From a virus (lineage: Duplodnaviria > Caudoviricetes), in IMG/VR virus record IMGVR_UViG_3300044655_001017: a stretch of DNA of 64,000 bases; one strand, given 5' to 3'. Below the pieces are notes generated by a model. It saw only the letters and a program-made list of their open reading frames with translations. It was not told the origin of the DNA and did not search any database. A program made the position numbers and the translations under genes. Of the stretch, positions 1 through 10,805 are shown piece after piece. Position 1 is the stretch's first letter. Each line of letters opens with the position of its first letter.

Positions 1-1
1 T

Positions 2-598
2 TTAGATAATATTCCTAAACCATTAATGCCAGTACTAGAATACATGGCTGAACGTAACTTATGTATAGACGATTACCCGTTTCATTGGACTCCTAAAGCT
101 GGATTTAATGATCGATTAATTATACCATACTATTACGAAAAACGTATAGTAGGATATACTGCAAGACGTATTGGATCAAATAAAAACCCAAGATACTTTT
201 CAGAACAACAACCGAATTTTGTTTTTAACTTAGATAGACAATTGTATGAGCGTAAGTTTGTTATTGTATGCGAAGGCCCAATTGATGCAATTAGTGTTGA
301 CGGATGTGCTATATTAGGTTCACAAATTAAAGATAAACAAGATTGGCTATTAAAAAGATTAAACAAAGAAATTATATTAGTACCAGATAGAGATCACGAA
401 GGCCCTGCTACTGTAGAACAAGCAATAGAATATGGCTGGTCTGTTAGTATGCCAGAATGGCCTGCAGGTGTTAAAGATGTTAATGATGCTGTCATTAAAC
501 TAGGTAGATTAGCTACCCTATGGCTAATTATCAATGCAAAACAAAACTACGCACTTAAGATTCAACTAAGAGCAAAACAATTTTTTAAAGGATATTAA
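2..598 (+). CDS. DNA primase, TOPRIM domain (T4 gp61-like), 5'-truncated by window
   Basis: Frame open to window start; VCEGPIDA and DRD TOPRIM motifs; directly upstream of helicase. Confidence 0.85.
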   Translation, partial: LDNIPKPLMPVLEYMAERNLCIDDYPFHWTPKAGFNDRLIIPYYYEKRIVGYTARRIGSNKNPRYFSEQQPNFVFNLDRQLYERKFVIVCEGPIDAISVDGCAILGSQIKDKQDWLLKRLNKEIILVPDRDHEGPATVEQAIEYGWSVSMPEWPAGVKDVNDAVIKLGRLATLWLIINAKQNYALKIQLRAKQFFKGY

Positions 599-2002
599 AT
601 GGCACAAAACGTAGACTACGGATATGATATTCAAAAGCTATATTTAGAAATGATGATAAGCGATGCGGCTACATTTGTTAGGTGCCAATCTATATTTGAT
701 CATAGATTGTTTGATCGCAAGCTACAAAAGCCAGCAGACTTTATAAACAGCTATGTTGACGAACACAACGTAATGCCAACTCTTGAAATCGTTAACGCCG
801 CTACACAAGGTGATTTTAAACCCGTAGAAGGCCTTAAAGAAGAACATTACGATTGGCTACTTAATGACTTTGAAACGTTTATTAGACATAAAGGGCTTGA
901 ACGTGCTATTAACGAATCAGCTGACTTACTTGAAAAAGGCGAGTATGGACCAGTAGAAGATAAGATTAAACAAGCAGTACAAATTGGCTTACAAAAAGAT
1001 TTAGGTACAGACTACTTTGCTAATCCAAGAGAGCGATTAATGAAGATTAAAGATAAGAACGGTCAGGTATCTACTGGTTGGAAGAACATGGATGATAAGC
1101 TGTTTGGTGGCATGAACAGGGGAGAGCTTAATATATTTGCAGGTGGATCAGGTGCAGGTAAAAGTTTATTCTTAGCTAACTTAGGTGTTAACTGGGCACT
1201 TGCAGGATTTAATGTAGTGTACTTAACACTAGAGCTTAGTGAAGAACTTGTATCAATGCGTATTGATAGTATGATAACAGGTATCTCAACCAGAGAAGTA
1301 TTTAAAAACATTGAAGACGTAGAACTTAAAGTTAGAATGATTGGTAAGAAATCCGGATCGTTACAAGTAAAATATATGCCATCAGGTAAGACTGCTAACG
1401 ATATTAGATCATACTTAAAAGAATATGAAATTAAAACAGATAGAAAAGTTGACGTGTTGCTTGTGGATTACTTAGACTTGTTGATGCCAATGAGTAAAAA
1501 GATTAGCCCGGCAGACTTATTCATTAAAGACAAGTATGTATCAGAAGAATTGAGAAACTTAGCAGTAGAAAAGAATTGTGTGTTTGTTACTGCGGCACAG
1601 CTTAACAGGGGTGCAGTAGAAGAAGTAGAGTTTGATCATAGTCACATCTCAGGAGGGTTAAGTAAAATTCAAACTGCAGATAACGTGTTTGGTATCTTTA
1701 CAAGTAGAGCTATGCGTGAACGTGGCAGGTATCAAATCCAGCTTATGAAAACACGTAGCAGTTCTGGTGTTGGTATGAAGATTGATTTAGAATATGACAT
1801 CGATACATTACGTATTACTGACTTAGAAGAAGAACAAGGCTACGGCAATGCAAGTACAGTATCGGCAGGTAGCGCACTACTAAGCTCTATTAAAAACAGA
1901 AATACAGTAGAAGGCGAAGCACCTACTGCAAAAGTAACTGCAGGAATACAAAGCACTGCATTAAGAGACCTAATAAACAATTTAGACGTAGACGATTTTT
2001 AG
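599..2002 (+). CDS. Replicative DnaB-family helicase (T4 gp41-like)
   Basis: Walker A GGSGAGKS, TLELSE, VDYLDL, AAQLNR, QLMKTR motifs. Confidence 0.92.
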   Translation: MAQNVDYGYDIQKLYLEMMISDAATFVRCQSIFDHRLFDRKLQKPADFINSYVDEHNVMPTLEIVNAATQGDFKPVEGLKEEHYDWLLNDFETFIRHKGLERAINESADLLEKGEYGPVEDKIKQAVQIGLQKDLGTDYFANPRERLMKIKDKNGQVSTGWKNMDDKLFGGMNRGELNIFAGGSGAGKSLFLANLGVNWALAGFNVVYLTLELSEELVSMRIDSMITGISTREVFKNIEDVELKVRMIGKKSGSLQVKYMPSGKTANDIRSYLKEYEIKTDRKVDVLLVDYLDLLMPMSKKISPADLFIKDKYVSEELRNLAVEKNCVFVTAAQLNRGAVEEVEFDHSHISGGLSKIQTADNVFGIFTSRAMRERGRYQIQLMKTRSSSGVGMKIDLEYDIDTLRITDLEEEQGYGNASTVSAGSALLSSIKNRNTVEGEAPTAKVTAGIQSTALRDLINNLDVDDF

Positions 2003-2003
2003 A

Positions 2004-2010
2004 ATAAATA
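2004..2010 (+). promoter_or_regulatory. Putative T4-type late promoter (ATAAATA)
   Basis: Near-match to TATAAATA in the short gap before ORF 2038. Confidence 0.5.
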
Positions 2011-2037
2011 CTACAAATATATTTTAAAGGATTTACA

Positions 2038-5016
2038 ATGCGGTTACGCGAATTATACGAAACAATAAATCTGTTTGAAGCATACGATACTAAAGTTGCT
2101 AAACTACATAAAGAATTTGCTCAAATGCGAGCAGGCTTTCCAGAAAAGCCTGAAACACAATGGGGGCCTGCAGTACCCGCAATTCCAGGTGACCCAAATG
2201 TACCGGATGAAACTCAATTAGCAGCATTAGTTAGTTTTGCCGAACAAGCATTTAAGTCAGGTGCAAAACCATCTGAACAAGCAATGCAATGGTACTTGTC
2301 ATTACTTGAAACTTATTATAAACAAAACGATCCTAAGTTTGCAGGTAAGTTTGCTGCAATGTGCGGTGAATATCAATTTACTGATTTTAATTCATTAAAC
2401 AATGATCTAGCACATTTCTTCACATCAGAATATGCTGATTCACAGTATATAAAGGACATAGTTAAAGCAATTAGACCAGCTACTACTCAAATTGATAATC
2501 TTATTACTAATGCAACTGCAGCTGAACAAAGAATACATGCAGAACACGAAGCAGCACGTAAATTAGCAGGTCGTCCGGATATTAAATTAATGGAAGGCGA
2601 TCAAGTAATATTACCAGTAGATAACAAATATGATTGGTGGTGGTTACCATATAGATCACACGAGTTTGAATCGGCAGCTATGGGACATTGCGGTAACTGT
2701 CAAACATCTGATGGAAATATGTTAAGTCTTCGTACTAACAAACCTATATGGCCTGAATTAACATTTGAATGGAATCCACAAGATAAAATGTTATATCAAA
2801 CAAAAGGCCCTCATAATTCAAAACCTGCTCATAGATATCGTCCGGCTATTTTAAAATTAATGCTTAGTGATTTAATAAGCGGCATTGGTAATGACTCATA
2901 TCAACCAGCTAACGACTTTTCTATATTTGACTTTGAACCAGCAGATGTAAAAACAATTGCAGATCAAAAACCAGATTTGATTACTAGCCAAATAGTAAAG
3001 TATCCGATTGACTTTTTAAGAGCTCCAGAATTTATTAGAGCTATTCCTGAATTTAGAGATATTGCAGTACAAAACGCACGCGGACTAGCAGCACTAGTTG
3101 ACAATACTGGCAAAGTTAACACATCACTAGATGCATGGGAAGATGCAATCGAAGCTGACAGAAGTATTATTATTTACGCTCCGGAAAATCTTAAAGATTA
3201 TGAAGACCGAATTATCGATGCGTTAAAACGTGATTCATCATTGCTAGGATTTGCAAGTGCTAAGATTCGCGGTAATCACAAAATTATGTCTGAAGTAATT
3301 AGATGGAATCCTAACTCAATTGAACTAGTTCCTCTTAGAGCACCTGCATATGAAGAACTAGCACTACAAGCAGTTACAAAAAGAGGTGAGCTATTAAAGG
3401 CTATTCCTGTAGAAAAAAGAACATATGAAATGTGTCTTACAGCTGCAAAAAATCGCCAGCTATGGGATGAAACTCCATTGAGAGAGTTTTACGAATTGTT
3501 TAATACACTACCCTTTACTAAAGACCAACATAGTGAATTAGCTTCATTGGTATTACAATACGATACAGAAAATAAATTATTAGATTTACTACCGGCTAAA
3601 ATTAGAACATTCCTATCATCAATGGCTCGTCTTAAACGCAGTGAACGTGACTATTATGGTGACGACCGCGCAGTACACGTAAAAGAAATAGTTGATTCAG
3701 TTACTCCTGGTTCAGTATCTGATGAAGAATATATGAAAATCTGTTTAAAGGCAGGTGAATTATCATTCCACCGCGCAGTACCAACAGAATTCCAAACATA
3801 TGAATATTTTAAAAAATATATACTTACTATAGAACCAACTGCAAACCGTATTATTACACCGGTCTTTACTCCCGCGTTTAAACAATTACCGCCTGAACAA
3901 CGAGAAGAGTTAGTATCAATTGCTGTAAAGTTATGTCCTGAATCGTATTTTGAATTACCATACGAGTATAAACTTAACTTATCTAGAACACTGAAGATGA
4001 TACAAAAAACTGATAGACCGTTAACTCATGGCATCGTTGCCGATATTACACTAGCGGCAAGTGAAAATGGTGTAACTGACGAAGACTATGATAAGTTAAT
4101 TGCGTATTACAAACACTCGCTTAAAGAAAGTGATGGTTCAGCTATATCCTATTTAAAAAACTATGCATTGACGCAAGCTAAAAAATATAATAACGATGAT
4201 TGGTTTGACGTGTTAGCATATGGCGCTAAACTTAACTTAACAGAATTTATAAATATTTTAACTCCTGATTTTGTTGATAATAACTTCGAATGGGTTGTTG
4301 ATACTATATGTAAAGAATTTAGTCAGTCTAGCTCAAATTTGCACTTTAGTGTATTAACCAACCGATATCCTGAAATTGTTGTTGAATTATTCAAACGCCT
4401 ACCAACTAGTGAGCTAGGTAAACTACAATACCCGCATTATATAGAACAAATGTATGAACTTGATCCTCGCAAGTTTAAACGAGTATTAGAGATTATGGTA
4501 GATCGAGAACCGCATTTAATTGCAGAAATACAAAATTTAGTACCAGACTATATTCCAGAAACAGAACAACCTTGGTTAGATAGATTAAACCATAAAGGAT
4601 TTACTAATGGTGGAATTGCGGCATTAAAATATAACTTCCCAATAGAGCTACTAACTCCTGAACTATTAAATACTGCAATCCTTGGTGCAAATAGAATGGA
4701 TGCTAATATTGAAAGAAAAATAGAGGAGTTATACAAATACTATAAAGATAAACCGGAATACGACGCCGTATTAGAAAATATGTTAGATCTTGTACCTAAC
4801 ATAATTACAATGTTATCTCCTCAAGAGATTGAGCTGTTTCATGTAAAACGCTTTATAACGTATTTAGAAAACAAAAAACATCCACCAGAAAGTATACTGC
4901 TACATTTTAGAAGAGAACCATTTCCGTCAGCTGCATCCCTAAAACCAAACATCGCAGAATATCTAAACAAATATAAAGCAGAGAAAGCACCTAACCTTAG
5001 CACTATCTCTTTTTAA
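2038..5016 (+). CDS. Large protein with PcfJ-like GHCG...Q.KG..NSKP domain and DUF4116-like helical repeats; paralog of next gene
   Basis: 992 aa; N-terminal ~450 aa visibly homologous to 5026..7758 (MGHCG, LSLR, KG..NSKP, YQPA.DFSIFD, KYPIDFLRAP). Confidence 0.6.
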   Translation: MRLRELYETINLFEAYDTKVAKLHKEFAQMRAGFPEKPETQWGPAVPAIPGDPNVPDETQLAALVSFAEQAFKSGAKPSEQAMQWYLSLLETYYKQNDPKFAGKFAAMCGEYQFTDFNSLNNDLAHFFTSEYADSQYIKDIVKAIRPATTQIDNLITNATAAEQRIHAEHEAARKLAGRPDIKLMEGDQVILPVDNKYDWWWLPYRSHEFESAAMGHCGNCQTSDGNMLSLRTNKPIWPELTFEWNPQDKMLYQTKGPHNSKPAHRYRPAILKLMLSDLISGIGNDSYQPANDFSIFDFEPADVKTIADQKPDLITSQIVKYPIDFLRAPEFIRAIPEFRDIAVQNARGLAALVDNTGKVNTSLDAWEDAIEADRSIIIYAPENLKDYEDRIIDALKRDSSLLGFASAKIRGNHKIMSEVIRWNPNSIELVPLRAPAYEELALQAVTKRGELLKAIPVEKRTYEMCLTAAKNRQLWDETPLREFYELFNTLPFTKDQHSELASLVLQYDTENKLLDLLPAKIRTFLSSMARLKRSERDYYGDDRAVHVKEIVDSVTPGSVSDEEYMKICLKAGELSFHRAVPTEFQTYEYFKKYILTIEPTANRIITPVFTPAFKQLPPEQREELVSIAVKLCPESYFELPYEYKLNLSRTLKMIQKTDRPLTHGIVADITLAASENGVTDEDYDKLIAYYKHSLKESDGSAISYLKNYALTQAKKYNNDDWFDVLAYGAKLNLTEFINILTPDFVDNNFEWVVDTICKEFSQSSSNLHFSVLTNRYPEIVVELFKRLPTSELGKLQYPHYIEQMYELDPRKFKRVLEIMVDREPHLIAEIQNLVPDYIPETEQPWLDRLNHKGFTNGGIAALKYNFPIELLTPELLNTAILGANRMDANIERKIEELYKYYKDKPEYDAVLENMLDLVPNIITMLSPQEIELFHVKRFITYLENKKHPPESILLHFRREPFPSAASLKPNIAEYLNKYKAEKAPNLSTISF

Positions 5017-5025
5017 GGAAAAATA

Positions 5026-7758
5026 ATGAGACTAAGAGAATTATACGAAACAATACAACTAGATGAAAACTATAATGGTAAGGTAAACAAACTTAAAAAC
5101 TCACCTTTGTTTGCACAAAACCCTGATCTACTACAAGACTTTGATGCACGACTTGGATGGGCTAAACAAGTGTTCAGTGATAAGAATCAACCTATGCTTT
5201 GGTATATCACACTATACGAAGCTTGGCTATTACAAGAACAAGACCCTAATGCAAAAACAAAATACGAAACAATGTTAGGCGGCCATCCACCTTTTGACTT
5301 TGCTGAATTTGAACAAACATTAAATCACTGGCTGTCTAGTGCATACGCAGAAAGAAATCAAATTAAAGACGTAGTTAAAAAGATCAACGCCCAAACTACA
5401 ACTGTTGATGCATTAATTAAAAACTTAGAAGCAGCTGAAGCAGTTATTAAAAAAGAAGATGAAGCTAAAGCTAAGAACGCAACTCCGATTGAAATACTTG
5501 AAGGCGACCATATTATATTGCCGCTTGGTAATCAAGGAGATTGGTGGTTACTACCTACTAGTTCTCATAAGGCAGAATCTAAGATTATGGGACATTGCGG
5601 TACAGCAGGAAACAACAAAAACGTACTATTGAGCTTACGTGATAAAACTCCAATACCTTGGGTTACTATGGAATACAGTGCTGACAACAAAGAACTACAT
5701 CAAATGAAAGGAAGATCTAATTCTAAACCTGCAAATAAATTCCATCATGCAATACTTGCATTATTAAAAAGCGATTTAGTTGACGGAATGTTTACTGGTC
5801 AAACATATCAACCAGCAAGTGACTTTTCTATATTTGATATGAACCCTGCAATGATAGAAGATGTTGCCGCTACTAAACCAAATCTTATAATGACTCAAAT
5901 TAAAAAGTATCCAATTGACTTTTTAAGAGCACCTCAAACGTTACGTGCAACTCCCGACTATAGAAACTTTGCTATATCATGCTTACCGGGTATTGCTGTA
6001 ATCTTAGACGAAGATGGCGTTACTTCAACAGATAACGACACTTGGGAAGAAGCAATTAACCAAGATCCTGGTATGATTATCTATTCACCCACTACATTAA
6101 AAGATTGGGAAAACCGTGTTACTAAATATTTGGTAAAAAATCATAGAAACTTAGGCTATTGCGGTAATCATATCCGTAGTAATTATAATATAATGAAAGA
6201 AGTAATTACACACGGAGATGCAGCTGCAATTGAATTAGTACCATACAGAGCACCTCAGTATAAAGAACTAGCATTACTTGCTATTGGACAATCGCCAATA
6301 TTGATTAAATCAGTAAACACAGAAGGCTGGTCTAAAGAGGAAATGAGAAAAGCATGGATGAATGCAGCTCATACATATTTAGATACAGAAGATTGGCCAG
6401 ATGAGTTATTTACACCTGAAGATGACAAAGAAATTTGGCGTACACAGGTTAAAAATAATAGATATTCAATTTCAAAAATTCCACCTGGATTGTTTGATGA
6501 ACAAGAATTAATTGAGGTATGGGGTGATGCAACTAAAGCACATCCTGGATTAATAAAGTCATCAGGGTTTATCAACTTAAATATCCCAAACGAAGCAAAA
6601 GATCAAATGAGAATTGCTGCAGTATTTGAACACCCAGAATATATTGCTGAATTTAGACCTGACTTAATTGAAGATGAAAATGATAGAATTGAACTTTGGA
6701 CTAAGGCATGTGATAGCTATCCTAACTTAATTACTGTACTTAAGAAAGCAGCAATACCTGATGAAGTTAAAATAGAATTAACTGTTAAGACAGTACGTGA
6801 TAATCCTACATATATTACAAATATTGATCAACGCTTAATACCTGATGAAAACGAAAGAATTGAACTTTGGATTAAAGCATGCAAAGTTCAACCAAAATAT
6901 AAAAATGATCCGCAATTTCCAACAGACGCATTCGATAGAAATCCTGCAAAACTAAAAGAATTATGGATTAGTATGTTTGAAACCACCTTACCTCATGATT
7001 GCCCTCGGTTGAATGAAATTCCAACAGAACTATTTACCCCAGAAGAATTAACTACATTAGCACGTAAAGTAATTGATAAAGACCCAAGCCAACTAATGTA
7101 CGCGCCGCCCTCTATAACAACTGCTGAAGAAAAATTAACTACTATTAAAGATCTTATGAATAGTGACCCGTGGAAGGTGATGAGCTCGCCACATAATCCA
7201 ACTCCGCCTGATCTGTATACTAGAGAACAAATTAAAGAAGTTTGGGATTATGCGCTTAGTAACGTTACTGACCCAGAATCAGATAGCAACGATGGCTATA
7301 TCGTAACGTCCGATTGGTTGCCATATCATATCGTTGATCAAGACTTGTTAAAGAGTGCTATACAACACGCTGCAATATACGACTATTATGAGAACGATTC
7401 TATATTAGCTAGAATAAATTATAATTTGCTCGAACGACTATTTACTCCAGCAGAAATAAGAAAGTTACATAAAGATGTGATATTAAATGCCAATTGCTAT
7501 ATGGAAGCCGGCGGACCGTTTGCTGCTATACCTCTAAATTATAGAACTTATGAGTTATGTAGATTTGCACTTGATCATGACCCGTCTAATATAAACATAG
7601 TGGTAGCATCAAAAGAAAACTTTACTGAACGTGAATTTGAAGAATTGCGGGCAATGTCCAATGACCCAATTGATGAAGAGTTTGTTAGAGATATACAACA
7701 ACATACCGCACATAACTCATTCCAAAATTACCGCCCATTACCATTTGAAGGACAATAA
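5026..7758 (+). CDS. Large paralog with the same N-terminal domain and helical repeats
   Basis: 910 aa; identical MRLRELYETI start; internal repeat DE.DRIELW.KAC. Confidence 0.6.
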   Translation: MRLRELYETIQLDENYNGKVNKLKNSPLFAQNPDLLQDFDARLGWAKQVFSDKNQPMLWYITLYEAWLLQEQDPNAKTKYETMLGGHPPFDFAEFEQTLNHWLSSAYAERNQIKDVVKKINAQTTTVDALIKNLEAAEAVIKKEDEAKAKNATPIEILEGDHIILPLGNQGDWWLLPTSSHKAESKIMGHCGTAGNNKNVLLSLRDKTPIPWVTMEYSADNKELHQMKGRSNSKPANKFHHAILALLKSDLVDGMFTGQTYQPASDFSIFDMNPAMIEDVAATKPNLIMTQIKKYPIDFLRAPQTLRATPDYRNFAISCLPGIAVILDEDGVTSTDNDTWEEAINQDPGMIIYSPTTLKDWENRVTKYLVKNHRNLGYCGNHIRSNYNIMKEVITHGDAAAIELVPYRAPQYKELALLAIGQSPILIKSVNTEGWSKEEMRKAWMNAAHTYLDTEDWPDELFTPEDDKEIWRTQVKNNRYSISKIPPGLFDEQELIEVWGDATKAHPGLIKSSGFINLNIPNEAKDQMRIAAVFEHPEYIAEFRPDLIEDENDRIELWTKACDSYPNLITVLKKAAIPDEVKIELTVKTVRDNPTYITNIDQRLIPDENERIELWIKACKVQPKYKNDPQFPTDAFDRNPAKLKELWISMFETTLPHDCPRLNEIPTELFTPEELTTLARKVIDKDPSQLMYAPPSITTAEEKLTTIKDLMNSDPWKVMSSPHNPTPPDLYTREQIKEVWDYALSNVTDPESDSNDGYIVTSDWLPYHIVDQDLLKSAIQHAAIYDYYENDSILARINYNLLERLFTPAEIRKLHKDVILNANCYMEAGGPFAAIPLNYRTYELCRFALDHDPSNINIVVASKENFTEREFEELRAMSNDPIDEEFVRDIQQHTAHNSFQNYRPLPFEGQ

Positions 7759-7830
7759 AAAAGATGACAACATACTGACCCTGCGAAGCAGGCGGTAAAA
7801 CAATTTTTCAGCTTTTAGATACTAACCTTA

Positions 7831-7860
7831 AAATAAAACCAGCAACAGCTGGTTTTATTT
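7831..7860. terminator. Bidirectional intrinsic terminator
   Basis: AAATAAAACCAGC-AACA-GCTGGTTTTATTT perfect 13-bp stem between convergent genes. Confidence 0.75.
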
Positions 7861-8009
7861 TGGCCCCAGGCCCTACATAATAAAATCCGGCCCCTACATG
7901 GTTACGATATCGTGAAATCCACTGTTTATTCACTGTGCTTATGGATTAGGGGCATAACAGTATATTCACCATTTTAACAAGTTTTCTAGACCATCCAAAC
8001 ACCGTAGAA

Positions 8010-8228
8010 CTATTCACTACGGTTGCGTATGGTAGACTTAACTTCACTTATGGTAGATTCCAGCCTTGAGATTTGACGCGCTTGACGTTCTACCGTTTCC
8101 ATTAGACGGTTGACTAGCGTATATAGATGGCTAGAGTCACTGTGCATAAACTTACTGCTACCATTTTCAAACTCTACTCGGCCCGGGACTATGCTTTTCG
8201 GGACCGGCTCTTGATTATATTGTTCCAT
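8010..8228 (-). CDS. Hypothetical protein with C-terminal coiled coil
   Basis: 72 aa ORF with GGAG RBS; heptad pattern. Confidence 0.6.
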   Translation of the reverse strand: MEQYNQEPVPKSIVPGRVEFENGSSKFMHSDSSHLYTLVNRLMETVERQARQISRLESTISEVKSTIRNRSE

Positions 8229-8603
8229 ACTAACTCCACTGTGTGTATACTGTATATATCACTGTGACGCCACTGTAGAGGTAGGGTGCGGGCCGAAAGG
8301 GTCCTAGGGGTCTAAAAAATTTCCCGCGCAAAAAATTAGAGAGAAGTACTTACAGATTCTCCCTGGTGATTTAGTACCTATGGGGTTAAATTTAGAGGAG
8401 TTTTTAGAGTTTTTAGAGTTTAGGGAAAAAAGGTTGCGTTGTTGTAAAAAAACAACAAATTGTTGTATTATATGTCCCCCCACCCCTCGGGGCATTGTAT
8501 TGCGTTACACTATTATAGCACACTACACACTACATTGCAAGCTTTTTTTACGCAAAAAACTAAAAAAATAAAAAAATAATTTAACATTTTTTTAAAAAAA
8601 CGC

Positions 8604-8631
8604 TTGCTATTTTTTTAAATTACTGTATAAT
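8604..8631 (+). promoter_or_regulatory. Sigma70-type early promoter
   Basis: TTGCTA-N16-TATAAT upstream of 8733. Confidence 0.6.
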
Positions 8632-8732
8632 ATGCTGTAAGTTAAGTAGTTAAGCAGTTTACTTAACTAGCGCACTAAATGTGTGCATACACGTTTAGTG
8701 CTACATTATACGCACTAAAAAAGGGCATAACT

Positions 8733-9113
8733 ATGTTAGACAATATTACAGTACAAAGCATTGCAAGTAAAAGCAACAAAACCGTGCAATGTGTAGGGGT
8801 TAGCACGCACGAAAAAGCGACAATAGGCACTAAGATACGTTTTAGCGGTAAGCCCGATAGTAGTGCGCGTGTTAGCACGCTAATTGCAACAAAATTGCAC
8901 AGCGACATAATTATGTGCGATTTAAGTGCGCAGGTTAGCGAATTGCAAGGCGCGGTTATAGTGCGCGATACGTTAGCAGATACAGACTACTTGCAAGCGC
9001 ACCAATTAAGTGCAATAGATAGCTACATTGCTAAATACAGTACGCACGAAATTAGTGCAGCACGGGAAAACATTAGCAATAACAATATTAAAATTGTTAA
9101 AATACTAATGTAA
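8733..9113 (+). CDS. Hypothetical early protein (KVRF..RV..L...H.DI family)
   Basis: Paralog of 11310..11693; start refined to ATG after AAGGG. Confidence 0.75.
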   Translation: MLDNITVQSIASKSNKTVQCVGVSTHEKATIGTKIRFSGKPDSSARVSTLIATKLHSDIIMCDLSAQVSELQGAVIVRDTLADTDYLQAHQLSAIDSYIAKYSTHEISAARENISNNNIKIVKILM

Positions 9114-9124
9114 CACAGTAACAC

Positions 9125-9157
9125 AGCAACTACACTGCAAAGTGTAGTTGCTTTTTT
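9125..9157 (+). terminator. Intrinsic terminator
   Basis: AGCAACTACACT-GCAA-AGTGTAGTTGCT then T-run. Confidence 0.8.
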
Positions 9158-9327
9158 ACTTGCTTTTTTAGTTTGTTTATGCTATAATAACGCATAGTAA
9201 AAAGTTAAAATAAAAAGCTATAGCGGGGCCGTCGGTGGCCAAGACAGACTGGATTTGAAAAGGCCGGAACCGAAACCACTATCCGATAGCTCTCCAAGTA
9301 TCTACCATAGCTCTCCACCTAGACCTC

Positions 9328-9366
9328 ACTGTATCCTTACTGTATCCTTACTGTATCCTTACTGTA
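9328..9366. repeat. 11-bp tandem repeat (ACTGTATCCTT)x3.5
   Basis: Three exact copies plus ACTGTA. Confidence 0.9.
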
Positions 9367-9407
9367 CCGGCAACAGGTGCTATATTAGTATAGCACCTTT
9401 CCCCACC

Positions 9408-9557
9408 TTAGTCAACTAAGTCTTTAAACCGTTTTATCTTACTAGTAAAGCGTGCCGCGTGTTCCTTACGTGTAAGGCTAAGCACGGTAACAAACGCTCC
9501 GCTTAATGCGTATGCGTTTCGTTTATATATGTAACCATAATAGTTGTTTGTTTGCAT
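9408..9557 (-). CDS. Small hypothetical early protein
   Basis: 49 aa, MQTNN start behind the promoter/AGCGTG leader cassette. Confidence 0.5.
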   Translation of the reverse strand: MQTNNYYGYIYKRNAYALSGAFVTVLSLTRKEHAARFTSKIKRFKDLVD

Positions 9558-10338
9558 AGTATGTTGCACGCTGTAGTTGTTTAGTAAGTGCATATTATAG
9601 CACGCTACACAAAAAATGCAAGCATTATTTTTACAAACAATAACCACACACAACCACCTATCCATAACCCCAATTTTCAAATATCTCACAGCGGGGCCTT
9701 TATAAAAGTGGTCACTTATGGCAAATGGATACAAGCGGTAAGCACTAACGCAAATTTGCGTTTTAAGCGTTGTTTGTTGTGTACTGCTATAGTTGCATTG
9801 CTTAGTATATAAACGCGTATTGTGTACACGTTAACGCGCAAGTTTTAGCAATGTAAATTATAAATGCTAAGTGTATTTTACACGCGCACGACAAATATTA
9901 AAAGTTTACAGCGGGGTATTGATATACCGGTTGCTCATTATGCTATACTATAGTATAATATTGGTATATTGAAACGTTGGTAAGATGGTAAAGAGGTTGA
10001 GGGCAGAGATAAGGGAAAGCCCGGTCCATTGCATACTGGATTCCGGGCTTTGGGCATACTATGTAAGTATGTTGTATGGTTGGTGAACAAATGCTACTAC
10101 CCATCTGCCCACCTGAGGTCTTTAGTCTTTACAGCGGGGCCTTTCTATAGGTCCTACTTTGTTTTGCGTCTAATTACTCGACGGCATGCGATTGTACTTT
10201 TTTTGGTTGCGCGATCGGATCTTCTTGCCATGTTGTTCTCCAGTGTTGTTGTAAAAAAGTATTTAACGTTTTAACTATTATACTATAGTGTTAAAGTAAA
10301 TGCAAGCACTTTTTACAGTGCTTGCATTGTGTTATTGT

Positions 10339-10698
10339 TTAATTAACAGTGCTATTTTGCACTTGTTTAACATACTTATTAAATGTTTTTTTAGTAACAC
10401 ATTTTATGTAAGCGTTGTTAATTTGCATTTGCGTTAAATTAGCGTTATTTGCTAGCGTTACTGTATAGCTAACACTGTAATTGCTAGCAAAGTTAATGTT
10501 AGCAACAAAAGCACTGCTAACATAGCATAACACATAATTTTTAGCTGCTTTGTATATTGTACGCTTTGCGTGTTTTTGCTTTGTTGCTATTACTTTGTTA
10601 TTAGCTACATAAGCGTTAAGCACTTGTAACATAGCTTGTTGCGTTGCTTTGTTACTGTTTTTTTGCGCTTGTTTGCGCGTTGCTGTAATTGTTTGCAT
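10339..10698 (-). CDS. Basic hypothetical protein lacking D, E, G, P and W
   Basis: 119 aa behind promoter cassette; terminator-like hairpin after stop. Confidence 0.6.
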   Translation of the reverse strand: MQTITATRKQAQKNSNKATQQAMLQVLNAYVANNKVIATKQKHAKRTIYKAAKNYVLCYVSSAFVANINFASNYSVSYTVTLANNANLTQMQINNAYIKCVTKKTFNKYVKQVQNSTVN

Positions 10699-10805
10699 AA
10701 TATACACACTATAGTTAAATTGTTAAAAAGCGTATGTTAAACGTAATTGCTTAACACAGTGCATATTATACACGTTTGTGTACAATATGCAAGCGTTATT
10801 TTTAA

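Noticed and set aside
133-6575. Minus-strand ORFs inside primase, helicase and the large genes, and most + strand ORFs between 12 and 59 kb
   Set aside because: Antisense shadows of better-supported genes
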